Source: Bacteroidales bacterium
Lineage (GTDB): Bacteria > Bacteroidota > Bacteroidia > Bacteroidales > UBA1556
NCBI GenBank assembly: GCA_015493685.1
Contig: WGCS01000034.1
Location: forward strand, 5,042 to 69,041
Direction: 5' to 3'
DNA length: 64,000 nucleotides
This document shows positions 46,240-56,200 of the stretch, one piece after another (within the stretch, counting starts at the first letter, position 1; every line of letters begins with the position of its first letter). Made by a program: the position numbers and the translations under genes. A model generated the notes under the pieces. That model ran no database searches and was not told where the DNA came from. It saw nothing but the letters and a program-made list of their open reading frames with translations.

Positions 46240-47028
46240 CTAGTCCACCCAGTTGGGTTTGCGCTTTTCTAAAAATGCTGCCATACCTTCTTGCCCTTCG
46301 TCGGAGGCGCGAATATCAGCAATCATTTTGGCGGTATATTCAATGGCTTGGTCTAAATTTAGATTGTTACTAATTTCATAAAGTAAATTCTTACAATGGC
46401 TCATTGCTTTGGGTCCGCTCGTTTTGAGAAGTTTGATAAGCTCTTTTACGTAAGTTTCCATTTCTTCTTTTTCCATGGATTTGTTGATAAGACCGTGTTG
46501 TTCTGCCTCAGGGCCTTTAAATCGTTTTCCGGTGAGCATTAGCTCTTTAGAACCATATTCCGACACTCTTTTGGTAACATAAGGTGATATACATGCCGGT
46601 ACTATACCAATTTTTACTTCGCTCAATGAGAAAGTGGTATTATTGTCGGCGTAAGCGAAATCACAAGCTGCCAAAAGTCCATTGGCTCCGCCAATGGCGG
46701 CACCATGTACCATTGCAATAGTTGGTTTGGGACAGGTATATATTTTGTGAAAGCAAATGGATAAATTTAAGCTTTCTTTATAGTTGTCTTCATAACTATA
46801 TTTCGCTACATCACGCATCCAGTTTAGGTCGGCGCCGGCACAAAAAGACTTGCCTCTTCCCCTCAATATAAGTACGCGAATAGCATCCATTGTTTTTACT
46901 TCATTAAAAAGGGAAATTAGTTCAACAATCATTACTTCGTTAAAAGCATTATGTATTTGTGGTCTGTTGAGCCAAATGGTCCCTACTTCATTTTCTATTT
47001 CAAGTTCTATGGTTGTGTAGTTGTTCAT
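46240..47028 (-). CDS. Enoyl-CoA hydratase/isomerase family (methylglutaconyl-CoA hydratase by context)
   Basis: 262 aa. GKSFCAGADLNWM, VHGAAIGGANGLLAACDFAYA. Confidence 0.8.
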   Translation of the reverse strand: MNNYTTIELEIENEVGTIWLNRPQIHNAFNEVMIVELISLFNEVKTMDAIRVLILRGRGKSFCAGADLNWMRDVAKYSYEDNYKESLNLSICFHKIYTCPKPTIAMVHGAAIGGANGLLAACDFAYADNNTTFSLSEVKIGIVPACISPYVTKRVSEYGSKELMLTGKRFKGPEAEQHGLINKSMEKEEMETYVKELIKLLKTSGPKAMSHCKNLLYEISNNLNLDQAIEYTAKMIADIRASDEGQEGMAAFLEKRKPNWVD

Positions 47029-47040
47029 AAGGTTTTGTAT

Positions 47041-48648
47041 TTACATTCTAAAAATACCATATTTAGTTTCATCAAAAGGTTTGTTTAGTGACATGGCAAT
47101 GCCCATAGCTACTGCTTTGCGTGTATCCATCGGATCGATAATTCCATCATCCCATAGGCGGCTGGTGCTATAGTATGCAGAGCCTTCATATTCATATTTC
47201 TCAAGGATATCCTTTCTGAGTTTTTCAATGTCTTCTTTTGCCATAGTTTTGCCACGAGCAGCAAGCTGATCTTGCTTAACTTGAATTAGCACCCCGGCAG
47301 CTTGTTCTCCACCCATGACGGAGATTTTGGCATTGGGCCACATAAAGAGTAGTCGAGGATCGTAGGCTCTACCTGCCATGGCGTAATTGCCGGCACCAAA
47401 ACTGCCACCAAAAACAACGGTTATTTTGGGTACATTGGCATTGGCAACAGCATGCACAAATTTTGCTCCATCGCGGGCTATTCCTTTACGTTCATATTCT
47501 TTTCCCACAATAAAACCGGTGATGTTTTGTAGAAATAATATTGGAATATTTCTCTTGCTACAGAGTTCGACAAAATGGGCTCCTTTAAGAGAAGTCTCAG
47601 AGAATAACACCCCATTACTTGCTATTATTCCCACAGGATAACCCATAATATTGGCAAAACCGGTAATAACGGTGGGTGCATAACGTGCCTTGAATTCTTG
47701 GAAACGACTTCCATCAACGATACGAGCTATAATTTCTCTGGCGTCAACAGCTTGTTTTAAGTCTATTGGAGCAATACCGTAAAGTTCCTCCGGGTCATAA
47801 AAGGGCTCTTCTATTTCGCTAAGCTGCAGCTGCTGCTTTGGTTTTAGTTCTAGAGTCTGAAAGATATTTCGGCAGATTTGTAGTGCGTGACGATCGTCAT
47901 TGGCATAATGGTCTGCCACTCCGGAGATGCTGGTATGTACATCAGCGCCACCAAGTTCTTCAGCGCTAACTTCTTCTCCTGTTGCTGCTTTCACCAATGG
48001 TGGACCGCCAATAAATATTGTTCCCTGATCTTTTACAATAATGGTTTCGTCACTCATGGCAGGAACATAAGCCCCGCCGGCAGTGCAACTTCCCATTACG
48101 ATGGCAATCTGTGGTATTCCCGCTGCCGACATTCGAGCTTGATTATAGAAGAATCTTCCAAAGTCAAAGCGGTCGGGAAATACGTTGGATTGTTCAGGTA
48201 AAAATACACCTCCAGAGTCTACCATATAAACACATGGAAGATGATTCTCCATCGCTATTTCTTGGGCTCGGACATGCTTTTTTATGGTTTCTTTAACGTA
48301 AGTGCCCCCTTTTACCGTGGCGTCATTGGCGATAATTAAAGTTTCTTTGCCTTGTACAACGCCTATACCGGTGATAATACCGGCAGAAGGAAACTGATTG
48401 TCATAACGATCATAAGCGGCCATCGTTGAAAGTTCAAGGAAAGGTGTATTGGGGTCAATAAGGAGGTTAATACGCTCGCGGGCAAGAAGCTTACCTCTTT
48501 TTTTGTGTTTTTCCACGGCTCTGGGAGAGGAGCCATTGATAACGCTGGATTGTTTTTCGCGGAACTCTTTAAGAATTTCTTTAAACTCTTTCTGATGTTG
48601 AATAAATTCCGCTGCCTTTGTATCAACTTTAGATTCAATTCGGTACAA
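47041..48648 (-). CDS. Acyl-CoA carboxylase carboxyltransferase (beta) subunit. Methylcrotonyl-CoA carboxylase beta by context.
   Basis: 535 aa. IANDATVKGGTY, SGGVFLPEQ, MGSCTAGGAYVPAMSDE, GGSFGAGNYAM. TTG start as in the ORF track. Confidence 0.85.
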   Translation of the reverse strand: MYRIESKVDTKAAEFIQHQKEFKEILKEFREKQSSVINGSSPRAVEKHKKRGKLLARERINLLIDPNTPFLELSTMAAYDRYDNQFPSAGIITGIGVVQGKETLIIANDATVKGGTYVKETIKKHVRAQEIAMENHLPCVYMVDSGGVFLPEQSNVFPDRFDFGRFFYNQARMSAAGIPQIAIVMGSCTAGGAYVPAMSDETIIVKDQGTIFIGGPPLVKAATGEEVSAEELGGADVHTSISGVADHYANDDRHALQICRNIFQTLELKPKQQLQLSEIEEPFYDPEELYGIAPIDLKQAVDAREIIARIVDGSRFQEFKARYAPTVITGFANIMGYPVGIIASNGVLFSETSLKGAHFVELCSKRNIPILFLQNITGFIVGKEYERKGIARDGAKFVHAVANANVPKITVVFGGSFGAGNYAMAGRAYDPRLLFMWPNAKISVMGGEQAAGVLIQVKQDQLAARGKTMAKEDIEKLRKDILEKYEYEGSAYYSTSRLWDDGIIDPMDTRKAVAMGIAMSLNKPFDETKYGIFRM

Positions 48649-48738
48649 ATTTGTAGTGTTTTATGCCAGCCACTGATTTAATGCTAAAATGTAAAAAGCA
48701 GGGCTAGGTTTGCGTTAGTGTATATGTTAATTAACTCG

Positions 48739-48757
48739 CTTATCATGGTATGATAAG
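48739..48757. promoter_or_regulatory. Perfect inverted repeat CTTATCAT-ggt-ATGATAAG, a candidate operator of the leucine-catabolic operon
   Basis: 8+8 bp perfect palindrome, 91-109 bp upstream of the operon start codon and just downstream of a minus-strand -7 box. Confidence 0.3.
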
Positions 48758-48762
48758 GGCCT

Positions 48763-48770
48763 CAAAGATA
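48763..48770 (-). promoter_or_regulatory. Candidate -7 box (TAtcTTTG on the minus strand) for the leucine-catabolic operon
   Basis: Plus-strand CAAAGATA, 115 bp upstream of the start at 48648. No clear -33 element. Confidence 0.35.
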
Positions 48771-48931
48771 AGAAAAAAACGCTTTGTTTTTTTAAGGAAT
48801 TTTATTGATAAGCTTCTATTTTTGTTAAAAAATAATGCTTTTATAACTTTAATTAACTGACTATGGCAAATCGAAGTGTAATAATTTTCGTTTAATAGAA
48901 AAACAATTGATAATATTTAATACAGATAATC

Positions 48932-49573
48932 CTATATGCCCGTGTTTGTTATGTGTTTTTTCTTGTTCCAACAGTGTTTTCCGGACTGTTTAATAAGGTT
49001 CCCGTTGGCATCAAGGTAATTTCCATACCTATCTTTTTTAATTTTAAATAATTTACCTTGCTTCACGTAGAGAATAACCAATGAGATAAGTTCATTTTTT
49101 GATAGGTGTTTGTGATTTTTCCCCAATAGTATTCCAACAGCATTATTTTTACTGTCCATTAATGAAGCTGTTGAATCTTGTTGATTATTTCCTTTTTTAA
49201 AGGATTTATAATTGACTTTCTCGTGAATAATACCAATACGTTTGGCTTTTTTGATTTTTATGTTTTGGGCAAGTAAGGCCATCCAAAGGCAATGCTTAAA
49301 GGCATCCAAATTGCCACCGTGACGATCTTTAAGTAAACCAGACTTCTCGATACTATCAGTAATTTGTATGGCTTCTCTACTTATCAAGAGAACTTTATGT
49401 GCAATGAATGGATGAGCTATTGCCCACAGTACTTCCCGTCCTGAAATAGTGATTGTTTTAGGTTTCGCAGATTTGTTGATTGTTGTGGTTTGAGCTTGTA
49501 ATGGGCTTGTGGTAATTAGTAAAATTACTTGAAAAATGATGATAAATTTTATGTGATAAATAGTTTGTGCCAT
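48932..49573 (-). CDS. Hypothetical secreted protein
   Basis: 213 aa. Signal peptide ...LLITTSPLQAQ. Central HGGNLDAFKHCLWMALLAQN and MDSKNNAVG blocks. Family not confidently recognised. Confidence 0.5.
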   Translation of the reverse strand: MAQTIYHIKFIIIFQVILLITTSPLQAQTTTINKSAKPKTITISGREVLWAIAHPFIAHKVLLISREAIQITDSIEKSGLLKDRHGGNLDAFKHCLWMALLAQNIKIKKAKRIGIIHEKVNYKSFKKGNNQQDSTASLMDSKNNAVGILLGKNHKHLSKNELISLVILYVKQGKLFKIKKDRYGNYLDANGNLIKQSGKHCWNKKKHITNTGI

Positions 49574-49585
49574 ATATTAAAACTA

Positions 49586-49593
49586 TACCTTTG
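49586..49593 (+). promoter_or_regulatory. Bacteroidetes -7 box TAccTTTG upstream of folE
   Basis: Perfect TAnnTTTG, 32 bp upstream of the ATG at 49625. A TTTG at 49564-49567 could serve as the -33 element. Confidence 0.5.
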
Positions 49594-49624
49594 CGTTTTG
49601 CAAACATAATTAAAATTTATAAAG

Positions 49625-50236
49625 ATGTCAGTTAAAAAAGGATATCGTAGAGTGGATGAATTTGACGATGAAACTACTAAAAAATTAGCTTATCATTATA
49701 AAGAAATTTTAAGCCTCTTGGGTGAAGATGCACAAAGGGAAGGGCTTTTAGACACTCCTTTAAGAGTGGCTAAAGCAATGCAATTTCTTACTCAAGGATA
49801 TGATGGCAATGCCGAAGAGATTATTCGCTCTGCTATGTTTAATGAGGATTATAAACAAATGGTTCTTGTAAAAGATATTGAACTTTACTCCATGTGCGAA
49901 CATCACATGATTCCTTTTATAGGACGAGCTCACGTGGCCTATATTCCCAACGGAAAAATTATGGGATTGAGCAAAGTTGCTAGAATTGTGGATGTATTTG
50001 CACGTCGTTTGCAAGTACAAGAGAGATTGACAATGCAGATAAAAGATGCGATTCAGAATGCCTTAAATCCATTGGGTGTTGCAGTGGTGATTGAAGCTAA
50101 GCATCTTTGCATGGCCATGCGTGGCATTGAAAAACAGAGCTCAGTAACCACAACCTCGGATTTTACAGGTGCGTTTCTTAATAATTCTACAACAAGGAAA
50201 GAATTTCTTCACCTTATAGGGACAAAATTATCGTAA
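49625..50236 (+). CDS. folE: GTP cyclohydrolase I
   Basis: 203 aa. [44 protein letters not shown], and HLCMAMRG. Confidence 0.95.
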   Translation: MSVKKGYRRVDEFDDETTKKLAYHYKEILSLLGEDAQREGLLDTPLRVAKAMQFLTQGYDGNAEEIIRSAMFNEDYKQMVLVKDIELYSMCEHHMIPFIGRAHVAYIPNGKIMGLSKVARIVDVFARRLQVQERLTMQIKDAIQNALNPLGVAVVIEAKHLCMAMRGIEKQSSVTTTSDFTGAFLNNSTTRKEFLHLIGTKLS

Positions 50237-50333
50237 GCAGGTAAGTATTATCTTATTAATATAATAATATTACAATCCTATTATTTTTTATATAGATTAA
50301 CATTTATTTGTATAAAAGATGAGGCTGATTTAT

Positions 50334-50341
50334 TACCTTTG
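50334..50341 (+). promoter_or_regulatory. Bacteroidetes -7 box TAccTTTG
   Basis: Perfect TAnnTTTG, 44 bp upstream of the ATG at 50385. Confidence 0.5.
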
Positions 50342-50384
50342 CCGCTAGATAAAAAATTAGTATTAAAATAGAAAATAGTGTATT

Positions 50385-51110
50385 ATGAATATGTTTAATC
50401 AAACTATTAATGGAACGCAATCGAATGATGTTCAGGGATATGTTGCTAAGAATTTTTTAGCTAATGTCTTTTCATGGATGGGTATTGCTTTAGCAATGAC
50501 GGCATTTACAGCCTATTATTTTGCGTCAGATCAAACTTTGATTAGTTTATTATATAATGCCCAAGGAGGAATGACTACTCTGGGAATGATAGTCCTATTT
50601 GCCCCTTTGGCATTGGTTTTACTCATGGGTTTTGGTATGAATAAAATGTCTTACCTTTCATTGGTGCTAGTGTTTGCAATATTTTCCATCCTGATGGGTA
50701 TGAGTTTAAGTTTTGTACTGTTGGTTTATACATCAGCTTCCGTTTTTAAAACTTTTTTGGTAACATCACTTCTCTTTGGAGTAATGGCTATACTGGGCTA
50801 TACAACGAAAACTGACCTAACGAAATTTGGCTCATTATTATTAATGGCTCTAATTGGAATTATTATTGCCGCTGTTGTCAACTTTTTTATGCATAGTGCA
50901 AGTCTCGACTATTTTATTAGTTTCTTTGGCGTGTTAATTTTCACCGGACTTACTGCTTATGATGTTCAAAAGCTTAAACGTATTGGCTCAGGTGCTGAGT
51001 ATCAGGGTGCTTCTTTAAGTAAGTTAACGGTCTTAGGTGCTTTAAGTTTATACTTGGACTTTATCAACTTATTCTTATTTTTACTCCGTTTTATGGGAGG
51101 CCGTAAATAA
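50385..51110 (+). CDS. Bax inhibitor-1/YccA family membrane protein
   Basis: 241 aa with 7 TM segments. Typical N-terminal FLANVFSWMGIALAMTA and C-terminal LYLDFINLFLFLLRFMG. Confidence 0.85.
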   Translation: MNMFNQTINGTQSNDVQGYVAKNFLANVFSWMGIALAMTAFTAYYFASDQTLISLLYNAQGGMTTLGMIVLFAPLALVLLMGFGMNKMSYLSLVLVFAIFSILMGMSLSFVLLVYTSASVFKTFLVTSLLFGVMAILGYTTKTDLTKFGSLLLMALIGIIIAAVVNFFMHSASLDYFISFFGVLIFTGLTAYDVQKLKRIGSGAEYQGASLSKLTVLGALSLYLDFINLFLFLLRFMGGRK

Positions 51111-51254
51111 GCTTGGTTTCGCATATAACTTATATATATAAAGCTGATATTCAATTGCTTTATATATCTATATTAAAACTATTCTAAAACATTTTGGAAG
51201 TAGATTGAATTAAATATTTACTTTCACAGGATTATTCAAATTAACAACTATCTA

Positions 51255-52142
51255 ATGAAAGCATACGTATTTCCAGGGCAAGGGGCTCAATTTGTAGGAA
51301 TGGGGAAGGATCTTTATGAGGCTTCAACTGAGGGAAAAGACCTTTTTGAGAAGGCCAATAAAATATTGGGTTTTCGTATTACCGACCTAATGTTTGATGG
51401 TACTGATGATGATCTTCGCCAAACTAAAGTTACTCAGCCTGCCATATTTCTCCATAGTGTAATACTTGCTCGCTTATTGGGTGATGATTTTAAGCCGGAT
51501 ATGGTTGCAGGTCACTCCTTGGGTGAGTTCTCGGCTTTGGTAGCCATAGGAGCACTGTCTTTTGAAGATGGACTTAAGTTGGTTTCAAAAAGGGCATTGG
51601 CCATGCAGAAAGCATGTGAACTTGAACCTTCTACCATGGCTGCTATCGTTGGTTTAGAAGATGATATTGTGGAGAAAATTCTACGTTCTATTGATGAGGT
51701 GGTGGTTCCTGCTAACTATAATTGTCTGGGGCAGTTGGTAATATCAGGAAGTATCAAGGGAATAGAAATCGCCATTGAGAAACTTACAGAGGCTGGAGCT
51801 CGTCGAGCGTTAAAGCTTAATGTTGGTGGGGCTTTTCACTCACCATTAATGGACCCTGCCAGACAGGAACTTGCTGTAATAATAGAGAAAACTAAATTCT
51901 TAGATCCAATTTGTCCAATATATCAAAATGTTACCGGTCAAGCGGTTAAAAATGCTGAGATAATTAAAGGAAACCTTATTTCACAATTAACATCACCGGT
52001 GCGTTGGACTGAAACTATGAATAATATGTTGGCCAATGGGATGGATGAATACATTGAAGTAGGACCCGGTAAAGTGTTGCAGGGATTGCTGAAAAAAGTA
52101 GATAGGAAGATTCGCTCCTATTCCGCTTCTATAGAACAATAG
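51255..52142 (+). CDS. fabD: Malonyl CoA-ACP transacylase
   Basis: 295 aa. FPGQGAQFVGMG, active-site GHSLGEFSAL, and GAFHSPLM. Confidence 0.95.
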   Translation: MKAYVFPGQGAQFVGMGKDLYEASTEGKDLFEKANKILGFRITDLMFDGTDDDLRQTKVTQPAIFLHSVILARLLGDDFKPDMVAGHSLGEFSALVAIGALSFEDGLKLVSKRALAMQKACELEPSTMAAIVGLEDDIVEKILRSIDEVVVPANYNCLGQLVISGSIKGIEIAIEKLTEAGARRALKLNVGGAFHSPLMDPARQELAVIIEKTKFLDPICPIYQNVTGQAVKNAEIIKGNLISQLTSPVRWTETMNNMLANGMDEYIEVGPGKVLQGLLKKVDRKIRSYSASIEQ

Positions 52143-52277
52143 AAAAATCTGTACGTACGTAACATAAGAAACACAAGGCTTGTAATTGTTGTTACAGCTT
52201 TGTAATTAGTAGAATATTAATAAAAGGTATGTTGACGTAAATATGCCTTTTTTGTTATAAACATAATTACTTCTAGC

Positions 52278-54419
52278 ATGATAAATCGATTTACTCTTTC
52301 CACATTTATTCTCCTTTTGTTGGGAATAACAGCTTGTAATAACTCAGATAGTGTCACTAAAACCGATGGGATGAATACAAAAGATAATATTTTATTGAAG
52401 CCTTTTACCACACCTTACGGTGTGCCACCCTTCGATGAGATTAAGATTACAGATTATAGGCCGGCGTATAGTGTGGCCATTGCAGAAAAGAAAGCAGAAA
52501 TAGATTCCATAATACGAAATCCCGCCACTCCTACTTTTGCCAATACCATTGAAGCCATTGAATATAGTGGAACTACGTTGGAACGTGTTGATGGCGTTTT
52601 TGAGAACTTGCTTTCATCGAATACCAATGAGCAGATGGAGGCCATAGCGCAAGAGATTACACCGGAGATAACCGCCTTATATGATGGCATTCTGATGAAT
52701 GATTCCTTATTTCAAAGGGTAAAGTATGTACATGACCACTGCGATACATCTAAGCTTAGCGGTGAAGAGAAAATGTTGCTGCACGATACATATAAAAATT
52801 TCGTTAGAGGAGGAGCAAATCTTAATGCAGAGGATAAAAAGAAACTTAAGTCAATTAACACCCAATTGGGACTATTGTCTCTTAAATTTGGTTCTAATGT
52901 ATTGAAGGAAACCAATAGGTTTGAGATGCTTATTGATAATAAGGCAGATCTTGCCGGATTGCCGGAAGCTGTTAAAGTAGCTGCGGCTAAGGAGGCAAAA
53001 GAGAAATATGGTGATAAGGGTGAAGGTAAATGGCTTTTTACTCTTCAAAAATCATCAATGATTCCGTTTCTTACCTATGCCGATAACAGAAAATTAAGAG
53101 AGAAAATCCTTAAAGGATATACTTCCAAAGGGGACCATAACGACAGTCTTGACAACAAAGAGATTGTAAAAAAAATGGTTAATCTTAGATTAGAGAAAGC
53201 TAATCTTCTGGGCTATCCCAGTTATGCGGCTTATGTGCTTTCCGATAATATGGCAAAAACTCCTGAGCGTGCCAATAAATTAGTTAAAGAGGTTTTTGTA
53301 AAAGCGGTTAGCAAAGCAAAAGAAGAAGAAGGAGATTTGCAAAAGATTGCTGATAAAGATGGTGTTAAAATCAAAATTAAACCCTGGGATTGGTGGTATT
53401 ATACTGAGCGTTTGCGCAAAAAAAGATATAATATTAGTGAGGAGGAAATTCGACCCTATTTTCAACTTGAAAATGTAAAAAAGGGAATGTTTGAGGTGGC
53501 AAATAAATTGTATGGATTCACCTTTAAGAAGAATAAAAATTTACCTTTGATGAATCCTAAGGCAGAGGTTTATGAAGTATATCGTAACAATAAGCTTCAA
53601 GCTATATTGTACCTTGATTATTTTCCTAGGGCAAGTAAGCAAGGTGGTGCTTGGATGAATGCTTACAGAAAGCAGTATCGTGATAAAAAAGGGAATAATG
53701 TCATTCCAATTATCTCATTAACAACCAACTTTACACCGCCCACAGAAACAGCACCAGCTTTGCTCAATATGGATGAAGTAACCACTTTGTTTCATGAGTT
53801 TGGACATGGATTACATGGAATGTTAAGTGATTGTAAGTATGAAAGTTTGTCAGGGACGTCTGTGCCTCGTGATTTTGTGGAATTACCTTCTCAGGTGAAT
53901 GAAAATTGGGCCACGGCACCACAGGTGATGAAGATGTATGCTAAAAATTATAAGACAGGTAAAGTTATTCCTGATACATTAATAAAGAAGATGGAGGAAT
54001 CGGCTACTTTTAATAATGGTTTTGTGGTAACAGAATTTGATGCAGCTGCGGCTTTGGATATGGCTTGGCATGGTATTACTAAACCTTTTCACGGTGATGT
54101 AAATCAATTTGAGAAGGCTACACTTGATAGCCTTGGATTAATACCCCAAATTATTGTACGTTATAGAAGTCCATACTTCTCTCATATATTTTCCGGAGGC
54201 TATGCTGCGGGTTATTATGCCTATCTTTGGACAGCTGTATTGGATGCTGATGCCTTTGGTGCTTTTCAGGAGACCTCGCTATTTGATAAGAAAACAGCTG
54301 ATTCGTTTCGCGAAAATATTTTATCAAAAGGAGGTACTGTTGATGCCGAGCAAATGTGGCTTAACTTTAGAGGAAGAGAACCTAAAGTAGATTTTTATTT
54401 AAAAAGAATGGGAATATAA
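52278..54419 (+). CDS. dcp: M3 family peptidyl-dipeptidase (Dcp-like) lipoprotein
   Basis: 713 aa. Lipobox LLLGITAC. Zinc motif TLFHEFGHGLH. Downstream VELPSQVNENW. Confidence 0.85.
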   Translation: MINRFTLSTFILLLLGITACNNSDSVTKTDGMNTKDNILLKPFTTPYGVPPFDEIKITDYRPAYSVAIAEKKAEIDSIIRNPATPTFANTIEAIEYSGTTLERVDGVFENLLSSNTNEQMEAIAQEITPEITALYDGILMNDSLFQRVKYVHDHCDTSKLSGEEKMLLHDTYKNFVRGGANLNAEDKKKLKSINTQLGLLSLKFGSNVLKETNRFEMLIDNKADLAGLPEAVKVAAAKEAKEKYGDKGEGKWLFTLQKSSMIPFLTYADNRKLREKILKGYTSKGDHNDSLDNKEIVKKMVNLRLEKANLLGYPSYAAYVLSDNMAKTPERANKLVKEVFVKAVSKAKEEEGDLQKIADKDGVKIKIKPWDWWYYTERLRKKRYNISEEEIRPYFQLENVKKGMFEVANKLYGFTFKKNKNLPLMNPKAEVYEVYRNNKLQAILYLDYFPRASKQGGAWMNAYRKQYRDKKGNNVIPIISLTTNFTPPTETAPALLNMDEVTTLFHEFGHGLHGMLSDCKYESLSGTSVPRDFVELPSQVNENWATAPQVMKMYAKNYKTGKVIPDTLIKKMEESATFNNGFVVTEFDAAAALDMAWHGITKPFHGDVNQFEKATLDSLGLIPQIIVRYRSPYFSHIFSGGYAAGYYAYLWTAVLDADAFGAFQETSLFDKKTADSFRENILSKGGTVDAEQMWLNFRGREPKVDFYLKRMGI

Positions 54420-54447
54420 TGGTTCTAATATAATAATAGAGAATAAT

Positions 54448-54488
54448 AAAAACGGCCTGTAAAACATCATTTTACAGGCCGTTTTTTT
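54448..54488. terminator. Strong bidirectional rho-independent terminator between convergent genes
   Basis: AAAAACGGCCTGTAAAA-catca-TTTTACAGGCCGTTTTT, a 17-bp perfect stem with flanking A and T tracts. Confidence 0.85.
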
Positions 54489-54494
54489 AATGAC

Positions 54495-55763
54495 TTAACT
54501 TTTAATAAAGAAACGCCAATAAATAAAGAATAAGCTAAATAAGCTAAGTATTATTAAACTTATTAGTGCGTAGTATTTTAAAAATGTTTTGGGGCGATAT
54601 TTTTGAGGTACATGTTTATTGGTAATAACAAGATAGTTAAGTAAAGCTAGAACCGGTGCCAAAACAAAACTTAATGTGGTAGCAAAATCTACCATTTGCT
54701 TCATGCTGGTAACAAAAAAGCCGAGAATAATTAGTGTCCCTGTTAATAATATAAGCATCCAGGTAATCCACCAACGATTTTCTTTTTTTGGTGTGTCGAT
54801 ATTGAGTTTTTTTATTCCAAGATTTAGTGCGGGAACCATGGAACGAGAATAGGCGTCAAAGCAAGTAAGTGTAGTGCTAAACATGGTTGCTAATGCGGCA
54901 ATAGCAATAACTGGATAAGCCCAACTTCCTATTGAAATAGTAAATAAGTCAATCAGTTGCCCTGCAAAGGCAATGGATGAGCCACTAAATTTATTTCCTG
55001 TGCCATACATTACCAAAGCCCCCAAGGAAAGAAAACCTAAGGCAAGTATTATAGTGCCAATATAGCCAATATTAAAGTCGAGTAAGGCTTCCTTTATTGT
55101 TACATTTACTTTAGTCTCTTTATGTTTGGCTTCTGCCCATATTGATTGCCAAATGGAAATATCAATGGGACCAGGCATCCATCCGAAGAATGCAATCAGA
55201 AAGGCTACATCAGTGGGATTTTTTAAGTTAAAGAGTTTTATTAGATGAGGATTGGGATTAAATCCATTTTTGAAATATGCACTAAAAACAGCAACAATAG
55301 TTGAGAGGGCTAAAATAACAATAACCCATTTGATAAGCTTATCCAGAAGACTGTATTTACCAATAATAAGAATTGCTGCAGTAAAAACAAGGAGAATAGC
55401 ACTAAGCCAAAAAGCGGATAGATGTATTCCAAAGATATTGCCAAATAGTCCCGCAGTAACGATGGTTACTCCGGATTGGAGAACAAACATTGAGGCTATG
55501 GTAACCGCTATATAAATCCATACGGCCCAACGGCCAAGGATGGAGTACCCTTTTATTAAGTTGTTTCCTGTGGCAGCGGTATAGCGAGGTGCAAATTCGA
55601 AGAACGGATATTTTAAGATATTGGCAATAAGAATAATCCATATTAGTTCAAATCCGTAACCCGCTCCAGCTCGTGTACTTTGTACAAGATGCGATACGCC
55701 AATGGCTGCTCCGGCATAAAGTAGGCCGGGCCCCATCACTTTTATCAAATGTTTTATAGTCAT
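54495..55763 (-). CDS. NRAMP family divalent metal cation transporter
   Basis: 422 aa with about 11 TM segments. N-terminal GPGLLYAGAAIGVSHLVQSTRAGAGYGF resembles the NRAMP DPGN-region variant. Confidence 0.75.
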   Translation of the reverse strand: MTIKHLIKVMGPGLLYAGAAIGVSHLVQSTRAGAGYGFELIWIILIANILKYPFFEFAPRYTAATGNNLIKGYSILGRWAVWIYIAVTIASMFVLQSGVTIVTAGLFGNIFGIHLSAFWLSAILLVFTAAILIIGKYSLLDKLIKWVIVILALSTIVAVFSAYFKNGFNPNPHLIKLFNLKNPTDVAFLIAFFGWMPGPIDISIWQSIWAEAKHKETKVNVTIKEALLDFNIGYIGTIILALGFLSLGALVMYGTGNKFSGSSIAFAGQLIDLFTISIGSWAYPVIAIAALATMFSTTLTCFDAYSRSMVPALNLGIKKLNIDTPKKENRWWITWMLILLTGTLIILGFFVTSMKQMVDFATTLSFVLAPVLALLNYLVITNKHVPQKYRPKTFLKYYALISLIILSLFSLFFIYWRFFIKS

Positions 55764-55765
55764 TG

Positions 55766-56080
55766 CTAGTGTTTTACAGTTCCTATTTTTTCTTCAATGG
55801 AGGCAATCTTTTTTGTCATTCCATCGGTTCTTCCTTTTCTAATGTCAATGGTTATGGCTGAATATACACGATTGGAATAAGGTTCCAAAACCTCGTAAGC
55901 GCGTTGGACAATGTCAAGGGCCTCTTCCAACGTTGCTGTTTCGATGGAAGTGCCCATGGGGTTGAGTTGATAGGAAACTCCGCTTTCATCAATCATTTTT
56001 AATACTTTACTCACATATTCACTGCTCCCTTTATCTCCTTTGTCGGTGGGGAAGATGGCAAAATTTAATAGCGTTGACAT
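55766..56080 (-). CDS. MTH1187/YkoF family (thiamine-binding-like) protein
   Basis: 104 aa. FAIFPTDKG...SEYVSKVLKMIDESGVSYQLNPMGTSIE. Its stop is 2 bp from the NRAMP start. Confidence 0.7.
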   Translation of the reverse strand: MSTLLNFAIFPTDKGDKGSSEYVSKVLKMIDESGVSYQLNPMGTSIETATLEEALDIVQRAYEVLEPYSNRVYSAITIDIRKGRTDGMTKKIASIEEKIGTVKH

Positions 56081-56174
56081 AAGATGTAATTATGATTTAT
56101 AATTGGACAAAGTTAGTAAAAATTTTTTGGTATAGTTTTTTAAAAAAAGTACTTTATTATTGCTTTGCTTTGAA

Positions 56175-56182
56175 TATCTTTG
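56175..56182 (+). promoter_or_regulatory. Bacteroidetes -7 box TAtcTTTG
   Basis: Perfect TAnnTTTG, 19 bp upstream of the ATG at 56201. The track TTG start (56180) lies inside the box. Confidence 0.5.
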
Positions 56183-56200
56183 TCCAAATTAATTAGACCA

